A stretch of 64,000 nucleotides of DNA from Lama glama (lineage: Eukaryota). The DNA is taken from assembly GCA_028534125.1 (NCBI GenBank), contig CM052816.1, positions 75,642,001-75,706,000 on the forward strand, written 5' to 3'. Below the pieces are notes generated by a model, which worked only from the letters and a program-made list of their open reading frames with translations, ran no database searches and was not told the origin of the DNA. Below, piece after piece: positions 53,883 to 64,000 of the stretch; position 1 is the first letter of the stretch; each line of letters begins with the position of its first letter. The position numbers and the translations under genes are program-made.

Positions 53883-54419
53883 GTTAGTTCATTATTTCTA
53901 TACGTAAAGGTCAAATGAGTGCGATTTGGTGCTATTATCACAAACAAGTTTATCTGCTTAGCAGCTGATATAGAACTAAAAAATTTTTAACCAAGACACC
54001 TCTAGAGCAGCCAACATCTAGGGCAAGTTTTCCTGCAACACTGACGTAATGTGCACCCTACTTTATGTTCACTTTGCAATTAGAGGCTTCATCCCTACTC
54101 TTTCCAAGTGATACTGTCTTACAGCCCCCATTCCCAGGGTTCAGGGTATATATTACCTAATATTCAAGGTTGGATTCAATTCATTTATTTACTGCTTGAT
54201 TGTACTCTTTATTCTTTTCATAGCTTTCCTCTTTTGTAGGGACACAATTCTTACAGATACTTTTGTGATATCCAATCAGGCTGTGCAGATCTTGTTTTCT
54301 GTGTCAAGCTAATGATAGTACTCTCTTACCATCGCTGCCACTCTTCTTCAAGTGACTATATATATGACAGGCAAGGACTGGGCAACGGATACACTTCATA
54401 GGTCTCTAGAGTAAGCACT

Positions 54420-56684
54420 TTAATGCTTCCCTACCCTCTTGGGCCCTGCTCTTGGGTAGTAAGCCTGAGCCGGTGAGGGACTGGTCTTAGATGACTTGCG
54501 TTGAGTGGGTCTGGGCTGAGAAGTCTCACCTGGGGAGGACTGCGACTTGGATGGCTTGGGCTGAGTGGATGGAGAACATTCAGTTTGGGTTGGCCGGGGC
54601 TGAGGGGGTCTTGTCTGAGTGGGTTTGGGTTGAGAGAACACAGATTGGTAGGGGTTTTGCTGGGAGTGCTTGACCTGGGATAACCTGGGTTGATTGGATT
54701 TGAACTGAGAGCTGGGCAAAAATGCGCTTTTGGACATGGGATGGAATCCCATTTGGAAAGATGGATTTGAAGGCCCACCTTATGTCTTCAGCTTGGCTCC
54801 TTGCTGAGAGGCAGTTATGGGTTTTTGTTTGGCTCCTGCTGGTCGAAAGGCTTGAGGGTGAGGATTTTTAATATGGGATGTTGTTCTTATAAATTTTCCA
54901 GTTGCCTCAGTTGGCTGTGTTCCCCAGGCACAGGCTTGCCTAGGCTGTGACTTTCCAACTGCTCCTGCTGGCTGCAAACCCAGAGAATGGAGGTGACCTA
55001 CCTGGGAGACCAATGCCCCAGACCTTTCAAGGGCTCCCATTGTCTGTGGTCTCTTGGGCCAGGCCTGTACATGTTGAGAAATGGGTCTTGGTGTCTCCCA
55101 AAAGTCCTATTCACATGACGTCCCTGTGCAGTTCTCAAAAATTTCATAAATCTTTCACCAGAATAAAATCTCTGCGGTTGGAAGTATTAAATCCCCAAAC
55201 TTTTCCTTGGACTGTGGGCCCCTGTATTCTGAAAGGGCAAAGGATGGAACCACTTAGATCTCTGCTCTGACCAAAAGTGGGAGCCCATAGTCCAGGGGGC
55301 TTTCAAAGAAGCATGGTTAAAGTAACCTCCAATTCTGGTTGGTAAAGGGTGGGAGTTTTTCAGATAAGGCATGAATACTGAGGTAAGATGGAAATTCTGA
55401 ATATTCTGGCTGATCTCACATATAGCCCCAGGCTCTCTTACAGACATCTCATTGGGGCTTTCAGATGAGTGTTTGGCTGACTGTGTCTTTGTTGTCCCTC
55501 ATCTTCAGCTGTTCCAGCCAAGTTTTCACCAGGGGAAACTTGATTTCCCGGAATGTTCTCAAAGTCTTGGTCTACCTGTATTCCCAACTCCCGGGCCAGG
55601 AAGGCCATATCCTCCACAGACACATATCTGAGTAAACAGGACATCACTTCCTGGAGGGCAGCGTGAAGGCCCTCCATGTTCTCCCCTCTCTCCCCAGCTT
55701 CCTCCTCCTCCCAAAACAGTAGCTGTGATGGCTTCAACTTCAGGATCCTGTGGAAAATCTGAGCCTCTTCACTAGCCCGATTTGGGGACTGAGGACAAAA
55801 TATAATCTTTCAATCGCAGCTTCTCCTAAAAACATTAGCAAGTCCCATTCCTTCTCATCTAGGCAGTCAGTGAAAAAAAAAAAACACAGCTGAGGAAACT
55901 TCCATCAAGAAACCAAACTGTGTCCAAAAACTTTCTAGATCTCCAAGAAGGTTGGCCGCAGCAACAGGCTTCTGGAAGAAACTGGGGTTTTCCTTCAGAC
56001 TGTCGCTATCAGGAAAACACCAGGTTATCCCAACCAGGCCATCAGAGATCTGCCGGGGAAGCACCAGAACAGGCAAATCCTGATGGAGAAAGATTTCGTG
56101 TGATTTCAAGTGGGCAGGGCTGAGCAGTGTGTTGAGGATTTTGGACTTGGAGAAGCTACAGTATCCTAGATGCACAAAAGAGATGACAGGCAACTTCATG
56201 ACAGTCAGAAACTTTTCTGTATCCCTTGCTGACTGCTCCTTCACAATGTCCTTCATGGCACCCAGCATGAAAATGGTTCTGTTGTTTTCTGCATCTGGCA
56301 GTAGCAGGGGAAGAGCAAACTAGCATTGATACATGTTTGACATGATCTCGCACTGCAAAGAGCTGTCTGAACACAGCAGAGAGGCACAGAGGACATCAAG
56401 GGGATTAATGGTTTCCATTTCTCTAATTTCCAAATCCTCTGATCCAGTCAGCAATTCCCCTTTGCCATTCTCACCCAGAACCTTCTGCCTGAGGATTGAA
56501 TCTCAGGCTGTCACATCCAGTGCTTGAACTTTCATCAGGAAATTCCAGGCTAAGTCACCTGGAGTTTCAGGCATCCACCCACATCCTCAGTCTAAGGAGA
56601 ACTGCTTAATGAAATCTGGCAGAAGCTTTCTGCTCCTAACCAGGTTCAAACAGGACAGGACATCTTTAAACACTTTTTTCCTTT
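54420..56684 (-). pseudogene. CARD6: CARD6 pseudogene, exon 3 (URG4/VLIG-like region and Pro/Gln/Ser-rich tail)
   Basis: Starts ERKKVFKDVL and ends GPKRVGKH* as in CARD6; stops at 56587-89, 56503-05, 56320-22, 55187-89, 54780-82; frameshifts at about 55873-84, 55780, 55470, 55093. Confidence 0.95.
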
Positions 56685-57602
56685 CTGTAGGAAAGAAGAT
56701 AGTCAGTGAATGTTATGTTCAGCATCCAAGCTTCCTTCATTGGCTTTTAAAATTAAATAAGTAATTGACATTTTCATTGGGGAAAAAAAGGTGAAATGAT
56801 ACAAGTGAAAGTTCCCTTTCACCACTCTGCCAACTCTAAGAGATAACATCAATTTCCTTCTAAGAGATATGTCAATATGGTATGGTATGTTTCCTTCCCA
56901 TCCTTTCTCTATGCAAGTAATAAGTATGCTTGCATATATAGAAATACACAGTTTGGTTTAATGGATGCCATTTTAGTTTCTAAATGGTATTATTCCAAAT
57001 GACCCTTTAACTTCTTTTCACTCAATTGTATTCCTTGCAAATTCTTCCAAGTCAGTATATACAGAGACCTACTTAATTCATTTTAGCTAATCTATTGTAT
57101 TTCCTGGTTTGGAAGAACCATTATTTATTTAAACATTGTCTAGTGATGATCATTTAGGTTTTCCAAGTTTTGGGCTAATGTTTGTATGCAGCAATGAAAA
57201 GCCTTGTTGATGCTTCATTATACATAAGTATGAGGAATTCTCTAGGTTGATACTGATTTCTTTCTTAAATTCTATTTCTTGCTAACGTTTGGAGAAATGG
57301 AAGATTTTATTTTCATTAAAGTTTTCTCAAAATTTACATGTTGTACCTAATTTCTCTTGATTTCCCATTTTATAATTTATCTTCTAGCCACTTCTTGGGA
57401 ATACAGAGATAGTTCTTAGTAGAGAAAGGAAATCAGAGAGCATTTTCTGTTCCTGATGGATAGTAAGTTAGCACAAGCTTCTTGGATCTCCTATAAAAAT
57501 AACCTAGAAGATACAACAAACATAAGAGACAGTATGGATTTCAAGAATTGACAAAAGTAACTCTAAGAAATCCTTGGATGGTCTGAAACTGGTATATAGA
57601 GC

Positions 57603-57906
57603 TATCCTTATAAAAAGGGGAAATTTTAGCAGAGAGATAAGCACCGAGGAAGACAATCACGTGAAGATGAAGGCAGACTCGGGGGATGGTTCTACAAGCC
57701 AAAGAAGGCCAAAGATTTCCAGCAAACTACCAGAAGCTAGGAACAGATTCTTCTTCACAGCCTTCAAAAGGAACCAACCCTTCAGACACCTTGATTTCAA
57801 ACTTCTGGTCTCCAAACTGTAAGACAATACATTTATTTCTATTGCTTACTGTTTAAGCTACCAAGTTTGTGGTATGACTTTGTTACAGCAATCCTAGTAA
57901 CTACTT
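57603..57906 (+). mobile_element. MaLR LTR (MLT1B/C-like) in CARD6 intron 2
   Basis: gtgaagatgaaggcag...ctacaagccaa...gacaccttgatttc...ttgttacagcaatcctag. Confidence 0.75.
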
Positions 57907-58591
57907 CCAGGTGTGCTGAGCAGGAAATTACTCTTTTCTGATCCATAACTATTATGAATCCCCAGAATTTGGACTCAATGTGAGTCAGTAGTTACCTTCC
58001 CCCTCTCTACTCAGAACTTGATGTTTACTTTCCATGACAATATGTCTCCAAATTAAACATTTCTCATATTTTGAATTTTCATTAAGAAATATTCACACTC
58101 AACATATCAGTTTAATTTTCTTCATCAAGATGGTAATATTGGGACTGGATCCAACCAAGCAGCAATATTTTGGGATCTTATCCATTCAGCACAAACTCCT
58201 CCCCTGTTTCCATTTCCACAGTCAGGCCGAAAATCCCTATTTTCTATTGGTCACAACAATGCAAAAATGTCTAAAAAGGCTTAATCTGAGGAACAGAGGT
58301 AACAGCTAAAATTAGTGCTTAGCAACTTCTTATACGTCTGATGGAAGTGACTGCAAAAACCGATAAGCTGATAATCAATATTTACTTTTGCTTATCTGAC
58401 CACCACTTTTAGGTTCAGGCTCTTCTGTCACCACCTACTCCTGAGAAAATCCCCAGTTAGAGAGGGACAAGTAATTTCTCAGTAGCTCCTTTTCTGCTGA
58501 CATCTGGTGCCCATCCTCAGCCCCTCACCTTTATGTCATGGCAACCTAGAGATAAGTCGCCTGAGTAACTACACACACATCACTCCCATAC

Positions 58592-59128
58592 CTTCCAGTC
58601 TTTTCTCCTCTTCCTCCTCCAATGACATGCCAGCTTCTGAATCCTCATCATTCTGTTCTTCATCAGAGAACTCCGTGGTTTCTGAATACACAGAGTCCTC
58701 TTTGCCATCATACATAACGCACTCTGGGTCATCAGAATCCTCCTCTTCCACAGTGGTTTCTGCATCTTCAGAGTATCCAACAGATTCCAGATAGTCCTCT
58801 TTTCCTAAGTATAAAGAATCATCTGGCTGCTCGTATCTCTGTCCATCCTGTAAATACTCAATAGTTGTTGGAAATTCATATTCAACATTCTCAACTGATT
58901 GTGGCGATGTGAACTTTGGTGTGTTGCATTCCTTCTTGTCTTCCTTTGAGGAACAAGCAGTTTCCCGATAACTAACTTTCTTGTCTGTGAAAGACTCAAG
59001 AGTTCTTTCTCTTTGAAGGACTTGGTGATCTCAGGATTTTCAGGCTGTTTCTCTCCAGGAAAAAAAAAAATCTTCCTTGTTTACTCCCATAGATTGAGGT
59101 GGTTCTATATTCCCATGTTTTAAAAATT
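58592..59128 (-). pseudogene. CARD6: CARD6 pseudogene, exon 2 (acidic region)
   Basis: Intact ag/gt ends; translates EFLKHGNIEPPQSMG...PGEKQPENPEIT...DGQRYEQPDDSLYLGKEDYLESV...SETTEFSDEE...EEEEEKRLE, collinear with CARD6; frameshifts at about 59060-59070 and 58998. Confidence 0.92.
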
Positions 59129-60726
59129 CTGAAAAGAACAAGAAAGTTTTGGGGAGTTTTCTTTTCTTTTTTTAAATTAACAAATGTTATAATAACTTGA
59201 GTTTCCATGGCCTGAAAGCATCACCTCTCTTCTTTATTTCACTGGATGATAGGAATACCTACCACCTCCCACAGAAATGGCAACAAGTCAGCTGTAAGAG
59301 CTTTCTCCCAGCAAAAAAAAATCAGATTACACCCCTGCCTTGTTCAAAAGTTCAAAATAATGTCAATAGACAAAAACATACACATTTTAGGAATATACAT
59401 GGCATCAATATATTACGTAAAATGAAAAGTTAGGAAATGAAACTCAGAAGGATGGTTACCTTGGTTGGGGGATGCTGGGGATGGGATGGGATTGGGGGAC
59501 AGGAAGATCATGGAGTAAGACATAGGATATCATCTGGGGATAAGTTTATAGGCGCTGATTGTATTATAAAAGGTGAACAGTTAAACATGTAAATGACAGA
59601 AGGCCATGCATGGACCAATGCTGAGCATGTATTAGGAACCAAGGGTGATGATTCATTAAATTCTGGTGTCCCTAAGTTTGAAAAAGAGTAAGAAAATCCT
59701 AATATGACATTAAAAATTAACTTCAGGTTAAGAGTTTTAGTATGTCACAAAGGTACGGGTTTCAAGAGATGCATCCTATCTAATACTAACATTTTGATTT
59801 GCAATGTTAGTAAGTTTGCCATTTTTTTTTTTTGTATTCAGCTTGGTTGGTAAGGTATTCTAATAACCAGCTTCTCAAACCCCGTCTCCTCCCCGCTGCT
59901 CCCCTCTAAATACTCTCCTTTCCCATAATAACCTGCTCAAGGAGATCTCACAGCTGATGGGAAGAAAAGTGTTTATCTGAACTGGATATTTCATAGCAAG
60001 ATTAAATTTAGGGAAGGAAGTTTAAATTCAGCTCCTTGGTAACAGGAAATCTGCACTGCACAGGCTTAGAATGCAAATGAAAGTGAGATAGGGGAGGGTG
60101 ACCAGGAGATGCAGATTTGAAAATAGATCCCTCAAATCAAATCCAATAAAACAGGAGTAAACACTTTATTTGCATCTAGAAATTTAAGTTAGATGATGTT
60201 TTTAAGAGAAAATTCAGCAGCAATTTTGTTTCATCTATCATAGGGGAAAAAAAGGCAGGTCTATTGCAGTACCAGTGATTGAGACTTGAACTGTATCAGA
60301 GATGCAGGATTTATGAAGTCTTAATCACTCTCTGCCAAAAGGCAAAATGCCATAGGGCCAATACCTAGGAAACAGCATAGATCATCTGTTTCAGAAGTCA
60401 ATCTACTTCTGAGCTAAACTTGGCATTTGAATAGAAACTTGGAGGTTCTAAACTGGTTTCATAGGCCTCTGCAGAGCCACAGGCCTACTTGACCCGGGCC
60501 AGAATGGTGTGATTTTAAGCACACCAAAAAGGGAGAGGAGGCAAAATATTTCACTCTGATGTTTACAAATTTGGGGAATGTCTGGGGCAAAAGAGACTCT
60601 CACACAGTGCCTGCCACACAGTTTGGCTCCTTGATGGTTGCTACCTGTCCTACCCTTTCTGAAACCCAGCAGGACCGTGTGGGGCCCTCCTGGGTACAAG
60701 TATTTCCATGTCCCTCTTTTCTTGTT

Positions 60727-61177
60727 TGTAGGAAACGCTTCGGCCTCCTAGACCTTCCCTGAGCTCCACAGGACAAAGTCACTAATTAGGGAAGTGGAGG
60801 AAGGCAGAAACAAAGAAAAAGCAGTTAAGTGTGGCAATAATGCAGGGTCCTGGTTCCTTGGTTCCTCCTCAATAGAGACACATTACAATCTGATATGTAC
60901 TTTTGAGTTCTTCTAAAGGAAATAAGGAAGCTTTAGGCTGAGCACATAATCCCTGGAACACCACTGTTACCTCACCACCAACCAATCAGAAGAAAGTCAC
61001 ACCCTACAGCCCTCACCTCAAATTTTGCCTTTAAATATCAGAGTTCCTGTCTTTTGAGCATAAGCCACCCCATTCTCCTAGGTTGGCCCTTGCAATAAAC
61101 CTTTCTCTGCTCCAAATGCCTATGTTTCGGTTTATGTGGCCTCACTGTGCACCAGGCACACAAACTTGTGTTCAACA
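60727..61177 (+). mobile_element. Solo ERV1-type LTR
   Basis: TG...CA ends, flanks tgtt/tgtc, CCAAT at about 60982, AATAAA 61094-61099. Confidence 0.75.
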
Positions 61178-61357
61178 TGTCTATACTGATCTCATTTCTC
61201 ACAATACTGTGCTAGGCAGAATAATGATCCTCCCTAAAGATGACTATGTCCTAATCCCCATACCTGTGAATCTGTTAGGTTACAAGGCAAAGGACAATTA
61301 AGGTTGCTAATCAGCTGACCTTGAGATAAAAAAATTGTCTGGGTGAGGCCAAGGGGC

Positions 61358-61669
61358 TGTTAAAAGACAAACTGAGACATATTACAAATGTGAAGTTTAT
61401 TTGAGCAAAAATTGATTCAAAAAGGGCAGTAGCAAACCAGAAGTGGTTAGTAGCATTCCACCTCTATAAGTCACACTTTCTATTATAAAGTGTGGCAGCA
61501 AAGAAAAGAAATTACTTGATTGGCTTAAAGATTAGTTGGCTGTGATCATTGTCCTTAGCGCTTCATAACCTGGAGGCATTTACGTGCCTAAACGTTGGTT
61601 TGCTTACTAGGCCACTAAAGCATTAGAGCCACCTCCATCTAATGGCTTTCTTGTTGAATTAATTCAACA
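61358..61669 (-). mobile_element. Short ERV-type solo LTR nested in the MLT1
   Basis: tgttaa...ttcaaca ends; AATAAA on the minus strand near 61397-61402; MLT1 resumes after it. Confidence 0.65.
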
Positions 61670-61929
61670 AGACCTTAAAAGTAGAAGAGGGGGACAGAAG
61701 AGAGTCAGAGCAATGTGATGTGAAAAACTCTTACTGTCTTTGAAAGTGGAAAAGGGCTAGAGGCCAAGGAGTATCAGCAGCCTCTACAAGCTGAAAAAGG
61801 CAAGAAAATATATTCTCTCTGTACAGCCTTGAAGAAAGGAATGCAGCCCTGCCCACACTTTCTTAGTCCAGGGACACCTACATCATGCTTGACTAAAACT
61901 GTAAGATAATAAATGTGTTCTGTGTTAAG

Positions 61930-62062
61930 AACGTTTAACATGAGACCCACCTCTTGACAGATTTTAAGTGTACAACACAGTATTGTCAACTGTAGGCACA
62001 ATATTGTACCACAGATCTCTATCTAAACTCATCGTGCATAACTGAAACTTTATACTAGTTGA
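61930..62062 (-). mobile_element. L1MA/MB 3'-end fragment nested in the MLT1
   Basis: ttttaagtgtacaacacagtattg...tgtaccacagatctct, typical L1M 3'UTR in reverse. Confidence 0.65.
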
Positions 62063-63269
62063 TTAAATTTATTTTGAGCCACCGAGTTTGTGGTTAATTG
62101 TTAGAATGGTAATGGGGAACTAACACAACGCCTAATCCAGAAAGTCTCCCCTGAATTGCAGTTTGGTCCAAGCACTCATATTGGCCTTCCTTCTCCCAGG
62201 CTGCACTCCCCCTCAATCCCCTACTCTCCATCTACCACTTCCATGAGGAGGGGGACTATGAGGACATAGTCATGTTTCTATTCTCAGCTCCTGGAAGAGT
62301 CTAGTACTGATTAAGCACCAATCAACTGTCAAAATTAAACCTCTAATTCCCAGACTCGATCTTGTTCCCTTAGTGGTTAGTCAACTACCTTTTCTAATAT
62401 TTCACAAGTGACAGGTTATGAATTCTGTTTCCTTTAAAAGCACGCACACTTAGGGTAGTTTTTCCCTATTAACTCTTAAATGATTGGGTTTTTTAAAAAT
62501 CATTTTGCGAGGGTAGGGGCTTTCCCAGGTAAGAAGGTTACAATTGGATCAGCGTTTATCAAGGTCTGGGAACCGCCAACACTAAGACTATTAACTGTTT
62601 TTTAAAAAGCACAGATTTCCACGTCCTACCCAAAGCAGCTGAAACAGATTTCCTCACGCTGGAGTTCAGAAAACTGTATTTAACAAATTCCACGTGTGAT
62701 TCCTTGGCATAATGAGATTTGGGGTCAAGCGATTTGCCTCTAAATTACTATAGTCTGAAAAAAAACATTATTTGCCTTTCTCTCAATATTCTGAGCCCAG
62801 TTCCTTAAAGGCCGGTCGTGCCTCCATTCTCCTAGTGAGCATCAACGTGAGCCAAAAAGCTTCCGGCCGGAGTGAGGAGGAACCTGGAGAAGCAAATTGG
62901 TTTCTCTCGGATTAGGACTCCAGTCCCATCCCGACCCCGACACAGACGGCGGGACCGATGAAACCGCGCGGGAACCCCAAGGCAGAGTAGCCACACTCTC
63001 CATGCTCTCCATCCGCTCCGGGACCGGATGTGGCCCAGCTCTGACTGAGAAAGCACGAAAGCCGGAGGGAAACAACTGCAGGACAGGGAGTCGAGTTCCG
63101 GCCTAAAGGAGGCTGCAGTGCGAGTCCGGCGGGGATACGCCCACCTTGGTCCCAGGGAGCTGTTAGCTCCGCCCTGCTGAACCCTCTATTGGCCCCACCT
63201 GCCTCCGGCTCCTCCTCTTGCCCCACCCACACTGCGACGACGGACGCTTGAGAACGGTGCACCGCGCTC

Positions 63270-63335
63270 CGCCGGAAGTACTTTCCTGGACGGAAGCTTT
63301 TGGGCGCGATATAGCGGAAGTACCTTCTCTTCCGG
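63270..63335 (+). promoter_or_regulatory. RPL37: RPL37 core promoter: three CGGAAG (ETS/GABP) sites and TCT/5'TOP initiator
   Basis: ccggaagt at about 63272, cggaagc at about 63291, cggaagt at about 63315; pyrimidine tract ccttctcttcc 63323-63333, typical of ribosomal-protein genes. Confidence 0.85.
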
Positions 63336-63363
63336 CCTCTTTGCACTCGGCTGCAGAATCGCG

Positions 63364-63366
63364 ATG
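63364..63366 (+). CDS. RPL37: RPL37 exon 1 coding part (ATG only)
   Basis: gcgATG|gtgagt consensus donor immediately after the start codon. Confidence 0.93.
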
Positions 63367-63961
63367 GTGAGTTGTGTGCAGGGGCTCTTGGAATCGGCTT
63401 CCATCCTCGCCCCCTGCGCCCCGCTCTTTGCTCTCCGTGGGCGCCCCGCGTAGTTTTCAATAAGGGGAGCCGGAGGACAGGAAAGGGATGTGTGATTGAC
63501 CTCAAGAGCCAAAAGAATGGCTCCTAATTATCTGGGGGTGCACAGTTAGGACTCGTGGAGCTCCAGCTCTTCTAGGCCCTTTGCTTTTGTCTGGCCTTTG
63601 GAGGGTCCCGCACAGTCATGCCCTCGAATGAGAACTGACGGAAGAAATACGGTTTGACAGTGTTTGGCTGTGAAAGCAAGGGTATCAGGGGTATCAGTTC
63701 GCGGTGGTCCTTGGCAGGAGCTCTTGGGTTTTGAAGTAGGAGAGGGTAGGAAAACCACATTGTCTCGTCTTTCACCTAAGGCTTTTTTTTTTTTTAATAA
63801 TGTAGCAGATTAGAAGACAGCAACTCTTGTGGCAAGCTTCAACATTTAAGAAAACCCCTTGTGATTGTCATTGATTCTTACCAGTAGTTTTTTAAGCTGA
63901 AAACATAAGAATTTGTCTAGAAACTACTAGGTTTTAGAATCGTTTACCCTTTAATTTGTAG

Positions 63962-64000
63962 ACGAAGGGAACGTCATCGTTTGGAAAGCGTCGGAACAAG
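63962..64000 (+). CDS. RPL37: 60S ribosomal protein L37 exon 2 (cut by window edge)
   Basis: tgtag|ACG AAG GGA ACG TCA TCG TTT GGA AAG CGT CGG AAC AAG = TKGTSSFGKRRNK, the eL37 N-terminus. Confidence 0.97.

Larger units (their letters stand above)
61208..62127 (+). mobile_element. MaLR LTR (MLT1D-like) interrupted by two later insertions
   Basis: tgtgctaggcagaataatg start and ...aactaacaca end, with MLT1-type internal motifs. Confidence 0.75.
62810..63480. promoter_or_regulatory. RPL37: CpG island over the RPL37 promoter and exon 1
   Basis: Abrupt GC-rich, CpG-dense block in an otherwise CpG-depleted window. Confidence 0.9.

Noticed and set aside
55867..56268. 133-aa ORF and neighbouring ORFs as independent genes
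   Set aside because: They are consecutive fragments of the single broken CARD6 exon 3
60500..60565. aaaaagggagagg resembling CARD6 exon 1 (KKGE)
   Set aside because: Wrong strand and similarity does not extend; treated as chance
62912..63505. 197-aa minus-strand ORF and overlapping ORFs at the CpG island
   Set aside because: GC-rich promoter DNA is depleted of stop codons; no recognisable protein; antisense to RPL37 exon 1
63855..63900. Possible C/D snoRNA in RPL37 intron 1
   Set aside because: C box is poor (GTGATTG), spacing to CTGA is too short and there is no terminal stem; the RPL37-hosted snoRNA I recall (SNORD72) should be in a later intron outside the window

Overview
Mammalian genomic DNA, AT-rich and repeat-rich, most likely from a camelid (alpaca/llama/camel): the only young SINE present is a tRNA-derived Vic-1-like family, and I saw no Alu, Bov-tA or PRE-1. 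The window is the conserved C7 - CARD6 - RPL37 block. (1) Complement C7, minus strand: coding exons 1-14 (35359 down to 1517, 1882 nt spliced) with canonical GT-AG introns and an open frame; later exons lie beyond the left edge. (2) CARD6, minus strand (59128-54420): a decayed unitary pseudogene with 5 in-frame stops and about 6 frameshifts, and no recognisable CARD-encoding exon 1. (3) RPL37, plus strand: CpG-island/TOP promoter, ATG-only exon 1 and the start of exon 2 at the right edge. The rest is L1/L2/MIR/DNA-transposon/LTR debris, including a nested LTR cluster between CARD6 and RPL37. The main finding is the apparent lineage-specific loss of the innate-immune gene CARD6. I see no evidence of a wholly new multi-gene system. 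Comparisons with human proteins and repeat-family names are from memory, not from database searches.
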